From Octopus bimaculoides (taxonomy: Eukaryota), in assembly GCF_001194135.2 (NCBI RefSeq), contig NC_068986.1:49786533-49848537 (forward strand): a stretch of 62,005 bases of DNA. Reading direction: 5' to 3'. A program made the position numbers and the translations under genes. Below are positions 52,526-62,005 of the stretch, piece by piece. Under the pieces are notes generated by a model that saw only the letters and a program-made list of their open reading frames with translations, was not told the DNA's origin and searched no databases. Within the stretch, counting starts at the first letter, position 1; every line of letters begins with the position of its first letter.

Positions 52526-52974
52526 TTCTAGACCAGTAATTCCTAACCAATTTGTAGGTTAATGATACTCCCACAACTATTACTGAGTGGCACTTTACAA
52601 ATGTCCCCTACACATTTTCCAAAAACAATAATTTAAAAAAAAAAGCAAACAATAAAACAGCAATTTTTTTAAAGCAAACAGAAGTTAATTTTGCACAGCT
52701 ATTTTTTTATCTATATTTTCTGGAACTATCCCATCTAGTATTAGATATTTGCCCCTATTTTAATGGAAACTGCTCACATTCAGGAGTTTATTTGTTATAA
52801 AATTATCCTCAATCTTGGTACATCATCAGTCATGATCCCGCTCACTGAATATTTGATGTCTGACTCTATAATCTGACCCTGACAAAGGTGTTTGTGAAAG
52901 CATGGTTAAGCCATTAGTAATTATATTTCTGTTAAAATATGCTTCTTTCTTTCAACTGATTTTGAAAATAATAC

Positions 52975-53192
52975 TCTTTTTACTCTTTTACTATTTTACT
53001 TGCTTCAGTCATTTGACTGCGGCCATGCTGGAGCACCGCCTTTAGTCGAGCAAATCGACCCCAGGACTTATTCTTTGAAAGCCTAGTATTTATTCTATCG
53101 GTCTCTTTTGCCGAACCGCTAAGTTGTGGGGGACGTAAACACACCAGCATCGGTTGTCAAGCGATGTTGGGGGGACAAACACAGACACACAA

Positions 53193-53231
<39 letters not shown>

Positions 53232-53396
53232 TACGATGGGCTTCTTTCAGTTTCCATCTACCAAATCCACTCACAAGGCTTTGTTCGGCCCGAAGCTATA
53301 GTAGAAGACACTTGCCCAAGGTGCCACGCAGTGGGACTGAACCCAGAGCCATGTGGTTGGTAAGCAAGTTACTTACCACACAGCCACTCCCGCGCC
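52975..53396 (-). mobile_element. SINE family A, full length, young
   Basis: Reverse complement of the 53921 copy with few differences. Confidence 0.9.
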
Positions 53397-53680
53397 TTGA
53401 AGAATTTAGTAAAATAACTTATTAAGTTGTCTTTTGGAACATAAATACAAACATGAAATTTAGAAGAAAGGTTTTAAGATCACTTTAAAACAAATCGAAT
53501 CTGTTTCACCAGTGGTGGTCAAATTCAGGTCGGTATCAAAAGGGTTAAAATATCAAGTATTGTATCTGGTTTGGATATTATATTACTTACAAAAGTTATG
53601 ACTCCCACTGAGCAAGCATTCTTGACAGTTGCTGCCTGGTGCCTAAGGATCCCACTACCACCCAGTTCTGGAACCACTGT

Positions 53681-53911
53681 TTAACCCTTTTGATACCAAC
53701 CCACCTGAAAGCGCCTCTGGCTCCATAGTACAAATGCCTTCTTTTCAAAAGCTCTGAATTAAAATCCTCCACCAAACCTTAGTCGTAACTTATGTTCCTA
53801 ACACTAGTTTAATGATAACTAAGTTATTTTACTAAATTCTTCATTATATTTAAAATTAATTGAAAGAAACACAGAGAAACTCAAAAGAAATATGCTAACA
53901 AAATGATTAAA
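53681..53911. mobile_element. piggyBac-type MITE (family P1) copy
   Basis: Starts TTAACCCTTTTGATACC and is collinear with 2279-2499. Related fragments at about 53397-53548 (inverted) and 46030-46170. Confidence 0.75.
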
Positions 53912-53920
53912 ACATTCATA

Positions 53921-54310
53921 GGCGCAAGAGTGGCTGTGTGGTAAGTAGCTTGCTTACCAACTACATGGTTCCGGGTTCAGTCCCATTGCGTGGCACCTTG
54001 GGCAAGTGTCTTCTACTATAGCCTCGGGTCGACTAAAGCCTTGTGAGTGGATTTGGTAGACGGAAACTNNNNNNNNNNTATATATGTATGTGTGTGTATA
54101 TGTTTGTGTGTCTGTGTTTGTCCCCCCAACATCGCTTGACAACCGATGCTGGTGTGTTTACGTCCCCGTAACTTAGCGGTTCGGCAAAAGAAACCGATAG
54201 AATAAGTACTAGGCTTCCAAAGAATAAATCCTGGGGTCGATTTGCTCGACTAAAGGCGGTGCTCCAGCATGGCCACAGTCAAATGACTGAAACAAGTAAA
54301 AGAGTAAAGA
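53921..54310 (+). mobile_element. SINE family A, full length, young; followed by another head at 54312-54470
   Basis: Homology to the 12369 copy. Confidence 0.9.
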
Positions 54311-55014
54311 GATGTGGCTGTATGGTTAAGAAGTTTGCTTCCCAACCACATAGTTTCAAGTTCAATCTCACTGCATGGAATCTTAAGTAAGTGTCAGCTA
54401 CCACAAACCCAGGCTAAGGCCTTGTGAATGGATTTGATAGATGAAAACTGTAAGAAGCCTGTCATATGTATATGTGTGTGTGTGTTAGTATCTTCTTGGT
54501 TGGATAGAGTGTAAAGTCTATATATTTTGCATTTATTCTTCAGTGAAAACATTATTGGCCCACAGGGAAATCAGGTGATGGTTGGCAACAGGAATAGCAT
54601 CCAGCCAAAGAAAGATCTGCCCTCAATGAACTCTGTCCAACCCATGCAAGCATGGAAAAGTGGATGTTAAACTGATGAAGATGCACCCCAGCAATCTTAA
54701 CATTCCCCCACTCCCTTATTTATTTGGCCACTAAGAAGAAGATGGAAAGGAAATACAGCCCAACTCTTGGAAGATGTAAAATAGAAATTTGACCACAAGA
54801 GTATTTAGAAACAGAAACCACAGAACTGAACTAAATAATTTGAAGAATTTCATTGAAACCATAAACAAGAGTATGGTGACAGCAGGAGTGAGCATGGTGG
54901 TGGTGGTGACAATGATGAAAATGATGGTGAGGATAAGAGAGTCAAAGTGAATTTCTGAAACTTTCAATGGTTGTTGATGGCAAGGGATTATCAATGTCAG
55001 TGTCGATAATGATA

Positions 55015-55045
<31 letters not shown>

Positions 55046-56289
55046 GGAGGATGCTAATGGTAGTGGTGGTGGTGGTGGTGGTGGTGAAGAGAGAAAATAA
55101 ATACAAAACTTTCAATAATCATCGAGGACAAGATAAATAGGTTAAGTGCCGATGTACTAAATGACATACATAAAACATTCTCAATTAACTGAAATTTCCT
55201 TCACAGTTGGAGAAAGAAAGGCAAAACCCAGTACCACTCGTTAGCGTCTTAAGAAGAAGAAGAAGAAGAAGGGGAGATAATTAACAACTAGTGTTAGTTT
55301 TCTTTTTTGTGTGTGTGTGTGTGTGTTGTCACTCTCCAGCCAAGAAGGTAATTTCAATTAATTCTAATTTACTTGTGTACCATATTTATTACATCCACTC
55401 CACCCTTAAACCCATGTGACTAAATTTATGCCATTGGTCAACTTGAATTATTTCCCCTTAACTCACTGTATTTTTTTTTTGTATTTAATTGATAACAAGA
55501 GATTGCTGATTCCAGAGCTGATCAGGATGCTGTTGTCATTGTTGTCTTTGTTGTTATTGTTGTTGTTGTCACTTTATTCTTTCAAACCAGGCCATAGAAT
55601 TAACAGGATTTTGCGAAGATAAGGTAAAGGGGTTCACCAGAATTAAAAGCAAGCATCTCTTTTGTTCCCTCTCTTTCCTCCTCTTCACTACGGCTCTGCG
55701 ATTCTGCCAAATATGGTAATCTCCCCACCGCCGCCGCTGCTACCACCTCCGTCATTTGCTGTAAATGGTGAATATTGTAATGGCAGTAGCTGCAGTGGTG
55801 AAGAGAACTTTTGCTGAAAGTAAAACAGACTCTGCGGTGGTGGGATGGTTGTTGTGGGCGAGATCAGGGGCAGCTGAAATTGTATGTGATGGTGGTGACA
55901 ATGGTGGTGTTGGTAGTGGGACTGATGGTGGATGTGGTGATGATGATGATGATGGTGCATAAGTCGGGGTGTTTAAATATAATGGTGAGATCCAGCAATT
56001 ACTGGTATGGTGTCGATGGTAGCCACCGATAATTACAATCATAAAAAATAAAACAGTTACCATCATCATCACCACAACAACACCCAAGAGCAGCAGCAGT
56101 GTCACCACCACCACCACCACCACCATCGTCATCTATAGTAGAAGAGGTGGTGGTGGTGGTGGTGAAGATAGTAGTAATGAAGTAGTAGTGGTAGTAATAG
56201 TGGCGGCAGTGGTAGTTGTCATAGTGATGTAGAAGTGGTGGTGGTGGTGGTGGTGGTAGTAGTCGTTGTCATAGTAATGGTGGTGATAA

Positions 56290-56323
<34 letters not shown>

Positions 56324-56889
56324 GGTGCATCAACAGCAGATCAGTGTGAATAAAGGAACATTTAAAAAGGATTAAGCAAAGTTGATTTTCTTGGAGGTTT
56401 CTTCTCCAAACACAGTCGCCACCACCAGCACCACCACCACCACTACTGTTGCTGGCAACACTAACCTCCTCAACAGCTATCACCATTGCCACCACCACCA
56501 TCAGGACCTTTGTCCTCCCTACCACCACCACCACCCTGTAACCACAATGACCCTACTCACTCTAAACCACCCTCTGCCCCCATTCCCCAACCCAACCTAC
56601 TAATGTGACTCTAGATCTTTCAAGACTACATTAATGGATTAACGTCTGTATCACCACATCACCACCGCTGCCAACATCACTACCACCATGAACAACAGCA
56701 ACAACAACATGACCAATATCCCAGCTGCCTACATAACCAATGTCACCAAAATCCTTTCCTAACAATAGCTAATAAGCTGGAGCAAGGAGCAAGGAGCAGA
56801 AGAAAACCCACCAACGCCACCAGCCTTTTCACCCCTCGTGAGACCCTTCGAAAACAGGGGAGCAACAACTAGCAATACCTGACTTCAAA

Positions 56890-56939
<50 letters not shown>

Positions 56940-57277
56940 TAATAAAAATAATAATAATAATAATGATAAAATAATAATAATAATAATAATAATAATGATA
57001 AAATAATAATAATAATAATAAAAAATCAAAAAACAAAAACAAAAAAAGCAACACAACAGGTTGCTGCCAAAGACTCATCAGATGAAGATGGCATGAAGCC
57101 CAGATTTCAACAGACAAATTGCTTCAATATGGTTAATGATGTAACCTTTAATTGAAATTATTCGTTTTAAACCTAGTGCAAGGGTGACAGCGAAAATATA
57201 TGACATCGTTGGTTGAACTTCCCGCTTAAACATTCCAGCAGCATATCACTGTGCCTGCAGCATTGCTGCTGCTGCTC

Positions 57278-57308
<31 letters not shown>

Positions 57309-57517
57309 ACCACCAATGATTATAGTCTTCATTTCTGGCACAAGGCTAGCAATTTTAAAAGGGGGGTGGGGAAATTCAGTACATCAACCTCAGCATTCAG
57401 CTGGTACTGGTTTTATTAACCCTGAAAGGATGAAAAGCAGTTGACCTAAGCAGCATTTGAATTCAGAGCATAAAGTCAGAAGAACTGCCACAAAGCATTT
57501 TATCTACTACTACTACT

Positions 57518-57603
<86 letters not shown>

Positions 57604-57803
57604 NNNNNNNNNNNNNNNNNNNNNNNNNNNNNNNNNNNNNNNNNNNNNNNNNNNNNNNNNNNNNNNNNNNNNNNNNNNNNNNNNNNNNNNNNNNNNNNNN
57701 NNNNNNNNNNNNNNNNNNNNNNNNNNNNNNNNNNNNNNNNNNNNNNNNNNNNNNNNNNNNNNNNNNNNNNNNNNNNNNNNNNNNNNNNNNNNNNNNNNNN
57801 NNN

Positions 57804-58140
57804 GACTACTACCTAGCTCACATACCAGGAAACCCCAAAATGGCTGAAGTTCAAAAGATAGTACTCTTGGGAACTGCCCATATCCTACGTAAAATACTAT
57901 CTATGTGATCTCAAATTTTACAACAAACACATAATTTTCTTATGGTTTCTTAAACATTCTCTAGAACAACACTATGTACAAATCCAAATATATGGTACCC
58001 TAGGCATAACACCTACATGAACTTCTAATTTGTTGTCTCTTGAGGTCTCTGGGTGAGACTTGGAGCCAACTTGTACAAATGCAAAGCAAAAGTCAAACAT
58101 AAAATAATAATAACAATAACAATAATAATAATAATAATGA
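57804..58140 (+). mobile_element. Second R4/Dong-like LINE 3' end
   Basis: LAHIPGNPKMAEVQKIVLLGTAHILRKILSM* (stop at 57908), 3' UTR and (AAT)n tail. Confidence 0.75.
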
Positions 58141-59209
58141 TTTCTTTAATAATAATACTACTTTCTACTATAAGCACATGGCTCAGTGGTTAAGGGCATC
58201 AGGCTCACAATCATGAGGTAGTGAGTTCAATTCCTGGACCAGGCTGTTGTGTTGTGTTCTCAAGCAAGACACTTTATTACATGTTGTTCCAGTTCATTCA
58301 GCTAAAGATATGTGTTGTAATGTCACTGGTGCCAAGCTGTATCGGCCTTTGCCTTTCCCTTGGTAACCTCGGTGGCATGGACAACCTTGCCTAGACTTGT
58401 GCCTCAGAGGGGAACTTTCTAGGTGCAATCTCATGGCCATTTCAGGGGAGGGATAAGTTGATTACATTGATCCTAGTGTGTAACTGTTACTTATATCACC
58501 AACCCAGAAAGGACAAAAGGCAAAGTTGACATCAGCAGAATGTGAACTCAGAACATAAAAGACAGACGAAATGCTGCTAAGTATTTCATCCAGCTTACCA
58601 AAAATTATACCAGCTCTAAATATTAGTTTCAAATTTTGGCACAAGGCCAACAATTTGGGAGGGAAAAAGTAATTAACAATATAAAATTTTAATAATGTAT
58701 GATTTCCCAAAAGTGGGAGACTTCCTAGGACTGCTTGGGGAAACCTCACAAAACCATAGTGAACCTGACAACTAGGGCAAGTGCCCTCTCTAAATTGTCT
58801 ACAGGCACATACTTAGAGTAGGCGCATCGACTTGGGCCATTCTAGCCACATTCTCCAACATTTCAAAAAAATTACAGAGAGGCAGTATTTCTGTCTCTTC
58901 ACTCATTTCTTTTGCAAGTGAAACTTCCACCAGACAAAGAAACACAGCCTGCCTTTCCCAACCAAAAGAAGGTGATGGGGTGATCTTCACAATGGACTCA
59001 GCCCATAGCCGGATCCTTACTACATGTCACAGTTTCATTGCTCTACCTCTAACCATTTAAGTGGACCTATAGCAGTGGTTCTCAAATGGTGTATCACAGA
59101 TTTTCATATAAGAATAATTCAAGGCTTTAGAAAAATCAGTATAAGTAAGCTTAAGCTGTGTTAATTGTGTTGTTTGTAATTTTATTATACACAATCATGT
59201 ATTACAGGT

Positions 59210-59750
59210 ACAGGCATGGCTGTATGGTAAGCTTGCTTCCCAACCACAAGCTTTCAGGTTCAGTCCCACTGTGTGGCATCCTGGGCAGGTGCCTTTCACT
59301 ATAGCACCAGGCCAATCAAAGCCTTGTAACGTTCTGAGTTCTGAGTCCAAATTCCACTGAGGTCAACTTGCCTTTCATCCTTTCAGGGTCGATAAATTAA
59401 GTTCCAGTTACGCACTGGGGTCGATGTAATTGACTTAATCCCTTTGTCTGTCCTTGTTTGTCCCCTCTATGTTTAGCCCCTTGTGGGCAATAAAGAAATA
59501 AGAAACTGAAAGAAGTCCATTGTGTGTCTGTATGCATGCATATGTGTACTTGTGTTTGTTCCCACCACTGCTTAGTAATCAGTGTCATTTAGTTTATGTC
59601 ACCTTAACTTAGCAGGCTGGCAAAATTGACTGACAGAATAAGCACCAACGCTCGAAAAAAATAGGTATAGGGTTTAATTTGTTTGAATAAAACCCTTCAT
59701 GGAAGTCCCCCCAGCATGGCTGCAAGCCAATGACTGAAATAAGTAAAAGA
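59210..59750 (+). mobile_element. SINE family A with an embedded family B segment (about 59326-59502)
   Basis: The A head breaks after CCAAAGCCTTGT. B sequence (gttctgag...gggcaataaagaaataag) follows, then A resumes at gaaactgaaagaag. Confidence 0.75.
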
Positions 59751-60853
59751 TAAAATTAGCTGTAATAAATACTAAGACCAACACAGCCATCAGGGAAGTC
59801 AAACCATCCAGCATGAAAACATGGACATTGACCCCATGTAGACGGATTGAGCACTGACAGTCTGTGTTGTGTACCAGTATTAGGCCATTCAGTAACCACA
59901 TAATTTTCTATACAAGGAATTTTGCAGTAGATTTAGATTCTTCTCAGTGTGGTATATTTGAAAAGATGGTGCCACACAGAACAAGACATCACACTACAAA
60001 CACATAGTGTTTCAATGCAGTCAGTACTACAAGGGGTTAAGTAGTGATGATGATGATGACGACAACGACGGTCATGATGAAGATGACGACAACAATGATG
60101 ACGATAAGTATGACCAATAAAACAAAAAAAAAAAATCAATATTTTTTTATTATAAGGTCTTTTAACTTTCCATACAAAGTGCATTGATAAATTTTTCATC
60201 TTCCATATGAAGTGTATCAATAATTTTTAACATGCAACAATCAAGTGAGTCTGCAAATTTATTATTTCATTTCAAGTGCACCACAAAATCAAAAAGATTG
60301 AGAACCAATGTCATATTATCTTAATCCTTTGCCCGTCCAATCTTTGCTTCAGTTTGTCCTGAATGTCCACACCTTTAGTCAGTCCTCATTTCATACATTC
60401 TGAGTAATATGAAAAGCTTCTTTCATTAAGCCCCACGTTACTCCGATGGTTAAAAAAAAATGTGGGAAAGTGTAGCATATATATGATGCATGGACACCAG
60501 ATAAACAGGTTCTCTATATCACGTGTGATGCACAGAACGGGCAAGAACACATGATCATTTAATGCTCATTATTCATGCTGGTATCCGTTGGACAGTTTCG
60601 TAGAAACTGGGAAACCAAAAGACTGTATCAAGCTTTGACAAGGTTTCTATAGCTGGGTGTCCTTCCTAATGCCAACCATTTGACAGAGTGCACAGGGACC
60701 TTTTTTTCTTGCCACAAGTACTAGCAGGGTCAGCAAGTAACTTGCAAGACATGAGCCTACTTAAAATGAGGCAAGGAGTAATTTGAGGAAGGTAGGTTCA
60801 GGCCAGGTGATGAAGGATTACAATATGATAGAGGGATAAAAATAAGAAGAGAT

Positions 60854-61170
60854 GTGGAGGCGCAATGGCCCAGTGGTTAGGGCAGCGGACTCGAGGTTGG
60901 GGGATCACGGTTTCGATTCCCAGACCGGACATTGTGTGTGTTTATTGAGCAAAAACACCTAAAGCCCCATGAGGCTCCAGCAGGGGAGGGCGACCCCTGT
61001 TGTACTCTTTCGCCCCAACTTTCTCTCTCACTCTTTCTTCCTGTTTCTTGAGTAATGCTGCGATGGACTGGCGTCACGTCCAGCTGGGAGGGAACACATA
61101 CGCCATAGAAACCGGGAAACCGGGTCCATGAGCCTGGTTAGGCTTTCAAAGGGGCACATAAATAAATAAA
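60854..61170 (+). mobile_element. tRNA-derived SINE sharing the family D 5' part, with a different 3' part
   Basis: Aligns with the 36214 copy up to cttcctgtttct, then diverges; (ATAA)n tail. TSD core AGAAGAGAT at 60845-60853 and 61175-61183. Confidence 0.85.
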
Positions 61171-61963
61171 ATATAGAAGAGATATATGGCTACCCCAGGT
61201 GGGAAAGAAGAGAGAGAAGATGACGAAGAAGATATGCTGGGGCATACCTTCTAGTTACACAGGACTGAAGAATGTAGTCCAAGTCACACTGATCTCAGCT
61301 GATCTGGGCCATCTTGTCAGGGTGGGATCTCAACAACTGAAGTATACCAAGTAGTAGAGCAGGTTTGCTTCAGGCTACAACAGACAAACTTATACCACCA
61401 AAATCAATGTATTTACACAAGGGAGAGGATTGAAATCATGATGCAGTTGCATTTGTGTGTGCACAGCATAGCAGGAACGCCAGTTCCAAGCACTGTTGAT
61501 GCTAGATAAATCCAATCACAGATCTAAAAATAGTGTATAGAAACTAATTCTGAAGTCCTAACAACAACGACAACAATAACAATGATGATGATAATAATAA
61601 TAATAATAATGATAATTTCTTCTCTTTCCAATAATAATAATAACATTGTTGCTAATAATAATTTCTAGCAAATGATTATGATGATGATGATGATGCTGGT
61701 GATGATAACGACAACAACAACAGCAACAACAACACATTGTTATGAAACAAGGAAATGGATTGACTGAAAAATCTGGATCAAGCAAATGTGCCATTTCACT
61801 TTCAGAAGTCTATTATTATGCATAAAACTGTGAGATATCTGAAGAACAGAGTCTGTGACAAGTTCATTCAATAGATTAATGGTAATGATACAATGAAGAC
61901 AGAAGGAACACTAGAGAATGGTGCTTGAATGGGTGGAAATATATACATACATACACACATATA

Positions 61964-62005
<42 letters not shown>

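Noticed and set aside
55647-55815. Terminal exon ...LHYGSAILPNMVISPPPPLLPPPSFAVNGEYCNGSSCSGEENFC*
   Set aside because: Protein-like, but no AG follows the pyrimidine tract in a usable position, and it is embedded in triplet low-complexity DNA.
57060-57150. Exon VAAKDSSDEDGMKPRFQQ, or minus-strand CTGATGAGTC hammerhead
   Set aside because: The acceptor lacks a pyrimidine tract, and no GAAA follows stem II.
89-61794. Most ORF-track entries ([16 protein letters not shown], poly-H/I/N, X runs)
   Set aside because: They are translations of microsatellites, N gaps or SINE copies, not genes.

Overview
Repeat-saturated animal genomic DNA, about 62 kb, from a draft assembly with several N gaps. The SINE and MITE families look like those I recall from Octopus (coleoid cephalopod); this is an inference, not a database hit. 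No complete or nameable protein-coding gene is visible. Most ORF-track entries are translations of microsatellites, N runs or SINEs. What I can support: about 20 copies of a bipartite tRNA-type SINE with an internal (TA)n(TG)n tract; other tRNA-derived SINE families; 3' remnants of RTE and R4/Dong-like LINEs; old CR1/L2-like RT fragments; piggyBac-type and hAT-type MITEs with TIRs and TSDs; Helentron-like elements; and a few isolated splice-flanked exon candidates, the best at 22489-22594 (+). The window is probably mostly intronic. The most interesting signal is four small hammerhead-ribozyme-like motifs of the Penelope-associated minimal type (30589, 51550, 23285, 22172). Two share an unusual CNGUUGAA core, and one sits in a 126-bp fold-back. 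None is shown to be active.
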